Source of the DNA: Candidatus Bathyarchaeota archaeon
GTDB lineage: Archaea; Thermoproteota; Bathyarchaeia; 40CM-2-53-6
Direction of reading: 5' to 3'
Assembly: GCA_963733055.1 (NCBI GenBank)
Contig: CAVTBR010000001.1
Location: 790,925-854,924, forward strand
Length of the DNA stretch: 64,000 nt
Part shown: positions 48,369 to 58,655 of the stretch, piece after piece
Layout of the letters: every line of letters starts with the position of its first letter
How positions within the stretch are numbered: position 1 is the first letter of the stretch
The notes under the pieces: model-generated
Seen by the model: the letters and a program-made list of their open reading frames with translations, nothing else
Database searches by the model: none
What the model was told of the DNA's origin: nothing
Position numbers and translations under genes: made by a program

Positions 48369-49931
48369 TTGGCTAAAGGTGCCGTTTTCGTTCGTGAAGC
48401 TACCGGCCTGATAAAGAACGTCTCTCTCTTTGACGCCGTCGCTCTAAACATAGCCGACATGTCGGCGGGGGCCGCGCTTGCCGTTGTAGGTTTCACTATG
48501 GTTCTGCTGCCAACCATATCTGGCGTAAACCTCGTGTATGGATCAATCATCGCATTCCTACTTTCTATTCCACAAATCATCGTCTACACAATGATGACCC
48601 AACGAATACCCAGAACGGGCGGAGATTATGTCTGGCTCTCACGAACCTTTGGCGGATGGTTAGGAGGGTCCCTAGCATTCATGGGTCCGGCCCTCAAGAC
48701 GATGGCGTACTTGGCGCTAATTACGCTTTCAACAATCTTCGCGATTGGTTCGGTAGGCGCCTCTTTGGGTTACACGAGTTGCGGAATCACCAGCTGCCTT
48801 GGTCTCGCTTTGCCTGGAAATATTCAGGGGGCTGATGTAGTGTCCCAGTTTATTCTTGGAGTCATCATCTTCGCCGTGATGATAGGCGTGAATATTTGGA
48901 GGCCTAAATTCGGATACAAACTAGTATCAATATGCACCATAATCGGTGTCGTCACCATAATTGCTGCTAACCTCACACTCCTCTCAGCCGGTAGGACAGG
49001 GGTGTCAAGTTACATGGACTTCCTCAACAGCATCGGCGCAAATACGACCTATGCGAAGGTCGCTGCATCTTATACGGGGTCTACGTTCGACTTCAACGCC
49101 ACAATTATGATGCTTCCATTCTTCGCAATCTTCGTTTACCCATGGATCTTTGCGGGCCCAGCCGTTGCATCTGAACTCAAAGGCGGAAATAAGACTCTGA
49201 AATGGAATATCCCAATCGCAGCCCTCATCATATTCTTACTCGTGACGGGCTCCTTCGCAACAATGTACTATGTAGGAGGATTCGAATTCATTACGGCTGC
49301 CCTTGCCAACTCTACTTTGGTGTATACATACTCGTTCAATTTCTGGACTCTAGCGATGGGCGTCGCCAACAACGTCGCCTTGGCTTGGTTCATCGGGCTG
49401 GGATGGATTCTCTGGAACGTCGCCATCCTCGCATACGGAATAATTCTTGTTTCTCGGTATCTATTTGCTGAAGCATTCGACCGATTCCTACCATCAAAAA
49501 TCGCCTACGTAACTCCCAAGTGGGGTTCTCCGGTGGTCGCACACCTGATCGATCTCATCGTAGTAGTATTCCTAATCGGTGGCGCCTCCTTCCTCTATGG
49601 AACTTTAGTATCCCTTTACGGAAGCGTCATCGCCTCGATGATTTACTTCGCATGCATCGGAGTAGCAGGGGCGGTGTATGGGGTTAGGAAAGAAAAGGGA
49701 CAAGCGAAATGGTTGCTAGTATCCTGCGGAACCTTCACCGCACTCGTATTTCTATACCTGCTTTACCAGTTCCTAGCGTTTCCCTCGGTCTGGGGTGGAA
49801 ACCCGTTCGCCTACTCCTACGTGGCCGCTTCATTTCTAACGGGGTTGGTTCTTTACGGGGTTTCTAAGTACTACCACGGAAAACGAGGAATCGACATATC
49901 GCTCGCCTACAAAGAAATCCCGCCAGAATGA
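48369..49931 (+). CDS. APC-superfamily permease
   Basis: 520 aa with about 12-13 TM helices. TTG start is uncertain. Confidence 0.75.
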   Translation: MAKGAVFVREATGLIKNVSLFDAVALNIADMSAGAALAVVGFTMVLLPTISGVNLVYGSIIAFLLSIPQIIVYTMMTQRIPRTGGDYVWLSRTFGGWLGGSLAFMGPALKTMAYLALITLSTIFAIGSVGASLGYTSCGITSCLGLALPGNIQGADVVSQFILGVIIFAVMIGVNIWRPKFGYKLVSICTIIGVVTIIAANLTLLSAGRTGVSSYMDFLNSIGANTTYAKVAASYTGSTFDFNATIMMLPFFAIFVYPWIFAGPAVASELKGGNKTLKWNIPIAALIIFLLVTGSFATMYYVGGFEFITAALANSTLVYTYSFNFWTLAMGVANNVALAWFIGLGWILWNVAILAYGIILVSRYLFAEAFDRFLPSKIAYVTPKWGSPVVAHLIDLIVVVFLIGGASFLYGTLVSLYGSVIASMIYFACIGVAGAVYGVRKEKGQAKWLLVSCGTFTALVFLYLLYQFLAFPSVWGGNPFAYSYVAASFLTGLVLYGVSKYYHGKRGIDISLAYKEIPPE

Positions 49932-50039
49932 ACACCAAACGATAAGGCGTCCCTCCCAAATTATTACACGGAATCGCTTCGCACTAACGCCGTTTGCGCG
50001 ATTCCGTTAACTTCTCTCATAACTCACAGAAACCGACAG

Positions 50040-50399
50040 GTGGCTTCTTTGACAAACAGCGAAGAATTAGCGAACAAGATCCGGGAAGCGTTCTCACGGA
50101 TTCGAAACGTCGAAGAGAAGAAAATGTTTGGCGGCGTGGCTTTCATGGTCAACGGGAAGATGTGCGTGACCGTACGAGATTCCAGAATAATGTGTCGCGT
50201 CGACCCTATGAAGCACGCGGAATTGATCCGCAGGAAGGGATGCCGCACCATGACGATGAGAGGTCGAGAGTACAAAGGTTACGTCTTGGTTGAAGAGAGA
50301 GCGTTAAAAACACGAAACGCCCTTCACTATTGGGTGCAGCTCGCGCTCGACTTTAACGAAAGAGCAAAAGCATCTAAGAAGAAGATAAAGACGAAATAG
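50040..50399 (+). CDS. TfoX N-terminal domain protein
   Basis: ...EKKMFGGVAFMVNGKMCVTV.... Confidence 0.65.
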   Translation: MASLTNSEELANKIREAFSRIRNVEEKKMFGGVAFMVNGKMCVTVRDSRIMCRVDPMKHAELIRRKGCRTMTMRGREYKGYVLVEERALKTRNALHYWVQLALDFNERAKASKKKIKTK

Positions 50400-50400
50400 C

Positions 50401-50580
50401 GATCAAACCCCACCCCCGCCAACAGTAATCCCTAAGCAGTTACCCCAACCCAACCTCACCTCCAAAAAATCCACCAAACAACCCAGATCAACACCAATAC
50501 ACGCTAGAAAACCCCGAAACAACACGACCCAGAACCCCAACTACCAGTATCCCCCAATCTGGAATACCGCACGTTTACGC
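50401..50580 (+). other. C/A-rich, G-poor low-complexity tract (G-rich on the minus strand)
   Basis: About 180 nt with very few G or T residues, containing CCCCACCCCC, CCCCAACCCAACC and AACCCC runs. Confidence 0.9.
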
Positions 50581-50592
50581 GCCAAACCAGCA

Positions 50593-52444
50593 ATGCCGAA
50601 GCAATGCCGACTAAACAGAGTTCATTTGCCTGAATCATGGACTACGGTCCACAGAAGCCAAATCTCAGGAGTACTAGAATCAGGTGATGAGAACTTGAGT
50701 TATGAAAAATTAGTGCAAACCGCACGCGGAGATGTCCCGTTCGACCTAGTACTAAGAAACGTGCAGCTTGTGAACGTTTACACGCGCGAACAATACGAGA
50801 CGAGCATAGGGATTTGTGGTGACAAAATCTCCTACGTTGGAGATCTAGAAGCAGTCAAGTCGAAAAATGTCATCGACGCAAAAGGGATGTACGCCATTCC
50901 AGGCCTGATCGATTCCCATTTGCACATTGAGAGTAGTATGGTGACCCCACCACGATTTGCTGAGGCAGTTTTGCCACACGGGACAACTACTGTAGCAATT
51001 GACCCTCATGAAATTGGGAACGTGTTAGGGAAAACTGGGGTGAGAATGATGCTTGACTCCAGCGCGGGTATGCCATTGAAAGTTCTGGTTCTCGTTCCCA
51101 CATGCGTCCCTGCAGTCTTGAATGCGGACACGGCCGGTGCTGAAATTCAGGCGTCGGATGTTAGAGAGATGTTGGGTTGGGAGAGGGTTATCGGCCTAGC
51201 GGAAGTAATGGATTACAGCGGCGTGGTTAACCTCGACAAACGGATGACTGAGATAGTCAAGGCTGGCAGGGAGGCAGGAGTCGTTATCGATGGTCACTGC
51301 ATGAATCTAGACGAAAAGGGAACGAACGCTTACGCCGCAGCAGGAATTGAAGCAAACCATGAATACTTCCCGGTAGATGCAGAGCATGGGTACAAAGCCG
51401 ATTTTGACATAATCCTTCGCGAAATGCGGCTGGGAATGTTCGCGAAACTAAGGAAATTCTCCCTAGTTCCCGGCTTAGTCAAACTGCTGGCTACGCTTCC
51501 AAGCAAGCAAGGTCTGCTATTTGTTACCGACGACACAATGCCCGACGATCTCGTGCGGGATGGACATTTGGACGATGTTGTGCGCAAAGCGATACGGAAC
51601 GGGTTCGATCCCATAGACGCAGTCTGCTCAGCAACCCTCTTCCCAGCCAAACACCTTCGACTATTCGACCGCGGCGCCATAGCCCCAGGAAAGATCGCTG
51701 ACATTCTACTGCTCAAAGACTTGAACGAGTTCAGAGTGAGCCTGGTTGTCGCGAACGGGAGAATCGTAGCAGAGAACGGCGTGCTCACAACAGAACTTGC
51801 AGCGGCTCGTTTCCCGAATGAAGCAACACACACAGTGAAACTTCAAAGCGTGACACCGAACGATTTCAAGGTGCGCAGTCCAACAGGAGACCGGCTCTAT
51901 CAGAGTTCGAACGATAACTATGCAGGGTTTCTTAACGAACTTTGAAGAGAAAGATGTGATTGTGAAGAACCATGTTGTGCAGCACGAAGGCGCAACCGTC
52001 GCCGTTTTGGAAAGACACGGAAAGACCAGAAACAAATCCCTTGGCTTCTTGGATAGATTCGGCCTGAAAGAAGGAGCCTTAGCTACAACAATTTCACACG
52101 ATTCACACAACCTTACCGTCGTAGGGAATAACTCGTCAGATATGGCGGTGGCAGCAAACACTCTAATCCAATGCCAAGGTGGGCTGGTTGCGGTGAACGG
52201 AGGAAAAGTGTTGGCTAAGGTTGAGCTGCCGGTAGCAGGTCTGATGTCGGAAGAAAAAGCTGAGATAATCGCAGGCAAACTGTTGGCATTCAGGAAGGTC
52301 GAGGAGCAACTCGGACTCGTCGATTACGGAACCATACTGATAATCTCCACGCTTGCACTTCCGGTAATATCTCACGCAAGAATTACCGACAAAGGGCTGT
52401 TCGACGTTGATAGCCAAAGGATCGTGCCTCTAATCATAAACTGA
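50593..52444 (+). pseudogene. ade: Adenine deaminase (amidohydrolase type) split by a +1 frame change (51854-51945)
   Basis: The 450-aa ORF has IPGLIDSHLHIESS and HE motifs. The 174-aa ORF in the next frame carries the Adenine_deam_C region (VAVLERHGKT...TTISHDSHNLTVVG). Confidence 0.85.
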
Positions 52445-52581
52445 TAGCGATCACACCATGGCTCTGTCATGAACCTACGAGTTTTGTCTTTCAATGCATC
52501 AGTGTTATGCACGAGATATGAACGGAAGCCTTTTACAATTCATGGACTACGTCTCTCGTTGCGACAAGTTAGTGACTCGTA

Positions 52582-53931
52582 ATGGTAACCAAAGTTCAGC
52601 ACCATAAGATCGTTGCTACTCCGCCTGGACCTAAGGCGAGGGAATTGCTTCAGAAAGATGCGAACGTCTTGTCGCAATCGGTTATTCGCTGGTATCCGCT
52701 CGTTGCAGAGTCTGGTTCGGGATGCGTCGTTAAGGATGTGGACGGTAACGAGTTCATAGATTTCAATTCGGGGCTAGTGGTTTTGGCCGTAGGCCATTCA
52801 CACCCACGTGTCGTCAAAGCGATCAAAGATCAAGCTGAGAAACTAATTCACTATTCTTGGACCGATTTCTACTATAAGCCAATCGTCGACCTAGGGGAAC
52901 AACTCACTAAGATAACGCCCGGCTCATTTCCGAAGAAAGTGTTCTTCTGTAATAGCGGCTCGGAGGCAAACGAGGCCGCGATGAAAATGGCGCGGTGGCA
53001 CACTCGCAAACCGCTATTCCTAGCGTACACCGGCGCATTTCATGGAAGAAGTTTCGGAACGATGGCCCTCACCGCCAGCAAACCCGTTCAGAGAAGACAC
53101 TTCTTCCCTCTCGTTCCGGAAGTAACCCATGTTCCTTATCCTTACTGCTACCGCTGCCCATTCGGGCTGAAGTATCCGGAGTGCGACATGTGGTGCGTCG
53201 ACTTCATCGAAGAAGAGGTCCTCAAGAAATTTCATCCCCCTGAAGACACGGCTGCAATGTTCGTGGAACCAATCCAGGGAGAGGGAGGGTATGTGGTTCC
53301 TCCCGACGATTACTTCCAGCGCTTGAAGAAAATTCTTGACAAGTATGACATTCTGCTGGCTGACGACGAGATACAATCCGGGATGGGACGGACCGGTAGA
53401 TGGTTTGCTTTAGAGCACTGGGGAGTAACTCCTGACATTCTGACCACCGCCAAGGCTCTAGCATCCGGACTCCCAATCGGCGCCGCCGTAGCTAGACAGG
53501 AACTCATGGATTGGGAAGGGGGTTCTCATGCCAACACCTTTGGAGGTAATCCAGTAGCATGCGCCGCCGCATTACAGGTAATTGGCATCATAAAGGAAGA
53601 GAAGCTGATGGAGAACGCGATCCATCAAGGGTCGTACCTAATGAAGCGACTGAAAGAAATGCAACAGCAATACCCCATAATGGGCGACGTGCGCGGCAAA
53701 GGTTTGATGATTGGAGTGGAATTCGTCAAAGACCCCGAAACCAAGGAACCCGCAGCTGAGGAAGTGGAGGACATAACGAACAAGTGCTTCAAACGAGGAT
53801 TGGCAATCATCACCGCGGGAAAATCCTCGATGCGCTTCGCACCACCACTCATCATAACCCGCGACATCATCGACGAAGGACTGGAAATCTTCGAAGGCGC
53901 CGTAAAGGAAGTAGCAGCTCAGCTTCGATAG
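52582..53931 (+). CDS. Class-III PLP aminotransferase (acetylornithine/4-aminobutyrate type)
   Basis: ...NSGSEANEAAMKMAR..., DEIQSGMGRTG, TTAKALASGLP. Confidence 0.85.
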   Translation: MVTKVQHHKIVATPPGPKARELLQKDANVLSQSVIRWYPLVAESGSGCVVKDVDGNEFIDFNSGLVVLAVGHSHPRVVKAIKDQAEKLIHYSWTDFYYKPIVDLGEQLTKITPGSFPKKVFFCNSGSEANEAAMKMARWHTRKPLFLAYTGAFHGRSFGTMALTASKPVQRRHFFPLVPEVTHVPYPYCYRCPFGLKYPECDMWCVDFIEEEVLKKFHPPEDTAAMFVEPIQGEGGYVVPPDDYFQRLKKILDKYDILLADDEIQSGMGRTGRWFALEHWGVTPDILTTAKALASGLPIGAAVARQELMDWEGGSHANTFGGNPVACAAALQVIGIIKEEKLMENAIHQGSYLMKRLKEMQQQYPIMGDVRGKGLMIGVEFVKDPETKEPAAEEVEDITNKCFKRGLAIITAGKSSMRFAPPLIITRDIIDEGLEIFEGAVKEVAAQLR

Positions 53932-54047
53932 TTTCAACGGCTCTACGTGCTTGTTGAACGCCAAGCGTTCCTCATGATTCTTGACGTTCACTCCGTATGG
54001 GAAAGCATATCTCGTTTGAAAAACGGACTATGTAGTCGTGGTTCAGT

Positions 54048-54920
54048 ATGGATGTGAAGCGAGTATGTGTGTTAGGCGCGGGTCTAATGGGGCATGGCAT
54101 AACTCAAGTCTGCGCTCAAACTGGCAAATTCGAAGTTAACATGCGCGATATCGAACAACGATTCGTCGATAACGGCATGAAGATGATCAAAGACAGCCTC
54201 CAAAGATTCGTCAAGAAAGGAACCATAAGCGAAGCCGAATCGAAAGAAATTCTCAACAGAATCCACCCCACCTTAGACCTGAAACAGGCCGTTCAGAATG
54301 CGGATCTCGTCATCGAAGCAGTCACTGAGAATCCACCACTCAAGAAAGCCGTCCTCGCTGAGGCGGACAAGTACGCTCCCCCACACGCAATAATCGCATC
54401 GAACACCTCTTCGATCAGCATTACCGAGATTGGAGCCGCTACGACAAGGGCTGAGAAGGTTTGTGGTATGCATTTCTTCAACCCACCACAACTCATGCGC
54501 CTCATCGAGATTGTCCGCGGCCTGAAAACCTCGGATGAGACAGTAGAGACGATCAAGCAAGTTTCTGCTAAGCTCGGAAAAGAGTCGGTTCTAGTCAAGA
54601 AGGATACGCCCGGATTCATCGTAAACCGTATCCTAGTTCCCGCTCTCAACGAGGCCGTATTCCTGGTTGCGGAAGGGGTTGCAGATCCGGAGGATATTGA
54701 CAAAGCAATTACATTGGGCTTGAATTGGCCTATGGGCCCGCTGAAGCTGGTTGACTACGTAGGTGCGGATACACACCTTTTCATCACGGACGTGATGGTG
54801 AATGAGACTGGGGATCCAAAATTCCGCCCGAGCAACTTGCTCAAACAAATGGTGCGGGCCAACTTACTAGGAAGGAAAACTGGGAAAGGTTTCTACGACT
54901 GGCCTGAAAAGAAACAGTAA
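54048..54920 (+). CDS. hbd: 3-hydroxyacyl-CoA (3-hydroxybutyryl-CoA) dehydrogenase
   Basis: VCVLGAGLMGHGI, HFFNPPQLMRLIEIV, PGFIVNRILVP. Confidence 0.88.
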   Translation: MDVKRVCVLGAGLMGHGITQVCAQTGKFEVNMRDIEQRFVDNGMKMIKDSLQRFVKKGTISEAESKEILNRIHPTLDLKQAVQNADLVIEAVTENPPLKKAVLAEADKYAPPHAIIASNTSSISITEIGAATTRAEKVCGMHFFNPPQLMRLIEIVRGLKTSDETVETIKQVSAKLGKESVLVKKDTPGFIVNRILVPALNEAVFLVAEGVADPEDIDKAITLGLNWPMGPLKLVDYVGADTHLFITDVMVNETGDPKFRPSNLLKQMVRANLLGRKTGKGFYDWPEKKQ

Positions 54921-54934
54921 GCTAGGTCTATCCC

Positions 54935-55312
54935 TTGAGCGAGCATTCTAATCCTGAGAAAGTGAACATCGCTCAGAAGTTTGCTCGATTCAGCGAATAT
55001 TGGGCGCCACATATTGTAGGAGAACTCAACGATTCGTACGTCAAGGCTGCCAAACTGAAGGGCGAATTCGTGTGGCACAAGCACGAGGCTGAGGATGAAT
55101 TATTCCTCGTCAGCAAGGGGAAGCTGCTCATCAAACTGAGGGACAAAGACGTTTGGTTGGAGGAGGGAGAGTTCATCATAATTCCGAAAGGAGTTGAACA
55201 TAAGCCGGTCGCTAATGAAGAAGTACACGTCTTGCTGATAGAACCGAAGTCAACTCTTAACACTGGTAACGTTAAGAACGAAAAAACTCTCAACCAACTT
55301 AAGAGAATTTGA
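54935..55312 (+). CDS. Cupin domain protein
   Basis: FVWHKHEAEDELFLVSKGKL...IIIPKGVEHKPV. TTG start. Confidence 0.7.
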   Translation: MSEHSNPEKVNIAQKFARFSEYWAPHIVGELNDSYVKAAKLKGEFVWHKHEAEDELFLVSKGKLLIKLRDKDVWLEEGEFIIIPKGVEHKPVANEEVHVLLIEPKSTLNTGNVKNEKTLNQLKRI

Positions 55313-55335
55313 GCTCACCGGTCGAGCTCTTCTTC

Positions 55336-56007
55336 TTAGAAGTCGGTTGTTGAGGTGCCAAAGGTTCCGAATCCTACGTTGAATCCTGCCTGTTGAGCTT
55401 TGAACTGCGCGTGGTCCATGGCAATTGCGTATGCGAGAATAACGTACGGGTCGATTTCTTGGCTTGAGATTTCGACGCCGTAGGAGTCGCGAATGCTCAC
55501 CCATTTCTTGTGGATCTGAGCTATCGTGCTTCCCGATGGGTTTTGAATGGAAAACTCGTGTGCGGTTATGTTCCCCTTGATTCTCGCAATCTCCTTCCCT
55601 GTCGAGTCCTCGAGCCACCATTCCGAGCCCAGTAGCTTCAGGACCTTCTTTTTGACAACTGCTACGAGTCCTTGCTGATCGTAGATTTCGAAGGTAGGTC
55701 TGACCGTTAGGACTTTCCCCCTCATTTCACCTAACCTGCCGCCGTCCGGCGTTTCGAAATAGAATTGCGGCCCCCAGCTGACCAGTTTCCTCTTCACGTA
55801 TGCGAGCAGGTTACCGTTTCTGTCTTTGATTCCAAACGTATCGCGTAGAGCTGCAATCTTCTGCTCGATGATGTACTCTCTGCCCGAAAAAGTAGAAGTG
55901 GGATTAGCGGTTGGAGTTTGTGGGAGGGCACCTTCCAGTTTGTACCCACAGCTAGTACAGAATTTGGTATCTCCTGTTATCTCATTACCGCAAGACGGAC
56001 ACTTCAC
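55336..56007 (-). CDS. Zinc-ribbon plus LURP-one-related (DUF567, tubby C-terminal-like) protein
   Basis: N-terminal CPSCGN...CTSCG, followed by ...FGIKDRNGNLLAYVKRKLVS..PTFEIYDQQGLVAVVKKK...EFSIQNPSGSTIAQIHKKW. Confidence 0.6.
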   Translation of the reverse strand: MKCPSCGNEITGDTKFCTSCGYKLEGALPQTPTANPTSTFSGREYIIEQKIAALRDTFGIKDRNGNLLAYVKRKLVSWGPQFYFETPDGGRLGEMRGKVLTVRPTFEIYDQQGLVAVVKKKVLKLLGSEWWLEDSTGKEIARIKGNITAHEFSIQNPSGSTIAQIHKKWVSIRDSYGVEISSQEIDPYVILAYAIAMDHAQFKAQQAGFNVGFGTFGTSTTDF

Positions 56008-56169
56008 AACAAAACAACTCAGTGAGCAACACGCGTAAAGACAGTAATATTTGTAACCAATTCAGGGCATCAGGCACCAGGGCTCGTCGTAACACAGTAC
56101 ATTCGAAATGGTCGAGACGGAAAATTAATCATGATCGACGATATGCGAGCCATGGACGGCGTTTAGTGA

Positions 56170-57111
56170 ATGGAGTTCAATATCCGACCTTTGAGTGAAG
56201 AAGATTTGCAGAAAGCGGATCATATCATGCGTTTAGCTTTTGGAACATTCGTTGGGGTTCCTGATCCCGCGAGTTTCGGTGAAGGGATGGATCACGTAAA
56301 GACTCGTTGGCGGGCTGATCCGAAGGCGGCTTTCGGGGCTGAAAGAGATGGTGAGCTTGTAGGGTCTAACTTTGCCACGAGATGGGGGAGCTTCGGTTTC
56401 TTCGGACCATTAACTGTACGCCCAGATTTATGGGACAAAGGAATTGCTAAACTTCTCCTCGAACCCACAATGGACCTTTTCAAAAAGTGGGGTGTCAGCC
56501 ATGTGGGCCTCTTCACGTTCGCTCAGAGCCCGAAACACATAGGCTTGTACCAGAAATTCGGATTTTGGCCAAGATTTCTGACACCACTGATATCGAAGAC
56601 CGCGCAAAGTGGAGGCGTTCCCGGGAAGTGGTCCAAGTTTTCCGATGTACCTGACAATGAAGTGAGACGAATCTTGGCGAAGTGTCGAAGCCTGACCAAT
56701 TCAGTCTACAAAGGCTTGGATTTAGAGAAAGAAATCATGTCTGTCCGGCAGCAAAAACTTGGCGACACAATCCTGTTGTGGGAAGGCGAAACAGTTGTTG
56801 GCGTCGCCGCCTGTCACTGTGGTGCAGGGACTGAGGCTGGACGGGATACATGCTATGTCAAGTTCGGAGCCGTCCGCAGCGGAGATGGTGCGGAGGGTTT
56901 CTTTGATCGACTGCTGAGCGCGTGCGAGGAGCTAGCTACTATGAGAGGAATGACACATGTGTCGGCCGGCGTAAACTCCGGATGTCATAATGCCTATCGA
57001 AGAATGATTGCAAGAGGTTTCCGCGCTGAGTTTCAGGGGGTCTTGATGCTCAAACCAAATGAGCCGGCGCTTGATCTGCCTGATCGTTACGTTCTATGTG
57101 ACCTACGCTAG
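56170..57111 (+). CDS. GNAT-family N-acetyltransferase (two-domain)
   Basis: ...LVGSNFATRWGSFGFFGPLTVRPDLWDKGIAKLLL... acetyl-CoA binding-like segment. Confidence 0.65.
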   Translation: MEFNIRPLSEEDLQKADHIMRLAFGTFVGVPDPASFGEGMDHVKTRWRADPKAAFGAERDGELVGSNFATRWGSFGFFGPLTVRPDLWDKGIAKLLLEPTMDLFKKWGVSHVGLFTFAQSPKHIGLYQKFGFWPRFLTPLISKTAQSGGVPGKWSKFSDVPDNEVRRILAKCRSLTNSVYKGLDLEKEIMSVRQQKLGDTILLWEGETVVGVAACHCGAGTEAGRDTCYVKFGAVRSGDGAEGFFDRLLSACEELATMRGMTHVSAGVNSGCHNAYRRMIARGFRAEFQGVLMLKPNEPALDLPDRYVLCDLR

Positions 57112-57138
57112 GATCAGATCCATCCATCGTGGCTACCC

Positions 57139-58026
57139 TTGAGTAGTAATCGCGAAGGAACAATTCTAGTTTTTGTGTCAGCCGTCGCGTTTGGCTTCCA
57201 GCCCATCTTCGCTAAGCTTGCCTACATTCAAGGAGTTGGTGTTGACGAGCTTCTCTTCATCAGATTCCTTCTTGCCTTCCTGATCATGGGAACGCTTCTC
57301 GCCGCTACCCATAGGCTGGTTATTCCCAAGAGAATGGATCTCTTGGCGTTGATTGTACTCGGCGCTCTGGTCTACTTCTTGCAATCCACCTTTTACTTCA
57401 GTGCTCTCCTCTTTTCGCCAGTTGCGATCGTCGCGCTACTTCTTTACACTTACCCAGTCTTCGTTACATTGGGCGCATACATGCTAGGTTGGGAGCGGGT
57501 TCCGCGCCGACTCGCGGGCGTTTTCATAATAGCATTGATTGGACTGATCCTGGTTGCAAACCCGTTCGGAACAGCGATCGGCCTTGGCGTGTTTCTCGCA
57601 TTTGCTTCTTCGATAATATACACGATCTACATTCTAAGCAGCTCGAGGGTTCTTAGAAGGGTCAAGGGAGACGTAGCCGCTTTCTACGTGATGGGAGCCG
57701 CGTCAGCAACCTTTGGCTTAACCGGAGCATTGACCGGTTCGATTCATTTGAACTGGAGCGTTGCCGGATGGTTCTGGGTGCTGACCATTACACTCGTTTG
57801 CACGGTTCTCGCAGCAACTACATTCTTCATCGGCATTTCGAAAATAGGACCCTCAAGGGCTGCATTGATTAGCCTCATCGAACCGGTCACCTCAGTACTT
57901 CTTTCGTTAGCCCTCTTCGGAAACAAACTCACCATACCACAGTGGTTCGGCGGCATCTTGATACTCGTATCAACGGCCATCACGACCGTCTACGGCAAAC
58001 CTCTCGAACGCGAGCTCCATCCATAA
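57139..58026 (+). CDS. EamA/DMT-family transporter
   Basis: About 10 TM helices with two EamA-like halves. Confidence 0.85.
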   Translation: MSSNREGTILVFVSAVAFGFQPIFAKLAYIQGVGVDELLFIRFLLAFLIMGTLLAATHRLVIPKRMDLLALIVLGALVYFLQSTFYFSALLFSPVAIVALLLYTYPVFVTLGAYMLGWERVPRRLAGVFIIALIGLILVANPFGTAIGLGVFLAFASSIIYTIYILSSSRVLRRVKGDVAAFYVMGAASATFGLTGALTGSIHLNWSVAGWFWVLTITLVCTVLAATTFFIGISKIGPSRAALISLIEPVTSVLLSLALFGNKLTIPQWFGGILILVSTAITTVYGKPLERELHP

Positions 58027-58051
58027 GCCGATAAGCGTATTCGGGGTCGTT

Positions 58052-58458
58052 TCACTCCAGCCAAACGGTCTTGCAAGGTCGCTTGATTTGGTAATGAGAG
58101 AAGTTCTTTTCTTTCTGGGCCCCGCGCCAGTGCCATGAGAAGGCAGGAATGCAGACGAAGTCCCCCCTCTTCAAATGCTAGACCTCGCCGAAGGTCACTT
58201 GCGCTTTCCCATCTTCCCCCAGCCTGACTTGGGTATGCACGGCCAAGAGACCTTCACCCTCATGCGTCATCAATACCTAGTCGGGTCGGAGTCATGATAG
58301 TGCACCTTAGTCCGGGTGCCGTCCTCGAAACTCACTAGGAAAACTTCAACGTCCTTGGTAATTGAGTCGTTGATTACGGCTCGAATCTGGACTTTCCAAC
58401 GAAATAAGTCTCAGGTCCTGGGGTCGGGGGAAGTTTCGTCAATGTTGAATTTCGGCAT
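58052..58458 (-). pseudogene. Decayed cupin gene (two in-frame stops plus one frame change)
   Basis: Minus strand reads MPKFNIDETSPDPRT*DLFRWKVQIRAVINDS..VFLVSFEDGTRTKVHYHDSD / (frame shift) VLMTHEGEGLLAVH...FGEV*HLKRGDFVCIPAFSWHWRGA.... Confidence 0.7.
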
Positions 58459-58655
58459 AGTGTTTACCTCTACCTGCACCCTAATCAGTGATCGGCTGGT
58501 CTTCAACGTTCGTGAGCAGTCAATAAGCTAGGCAGTTCCTTGCAGATGTGCAATACCGCCAACCCACACTCTGAAGTTGAGGTGACGTAGAATTCTCGCC
58601 TCGCGGGTGGAAATTTTCGACTCACGTTTAACCCATCGGGGAGTGGTGAATTGTT

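Noticed and set aside
49968-50007. 10-bp perfect inverted repeat ACGGAATCGC-N20-GCGATTCCGT between the APC permease and the TfoX-like gene.
   Set aside because: About 1-2 such repeats are expected by chance. There is no T-run or second copy. It may be a terminator or operator, but the support is insufficient.
50386-50592. Open reading frame through the C/A-rich tract as an N-terminal Pro/Thr/Asn-rich extension of adenine deaminase.
   Set aside because: There is no ATG, GTG or TTG in that frame before 50593. The openness is explained by depletion of T and G, which leaves few possible stop codons.
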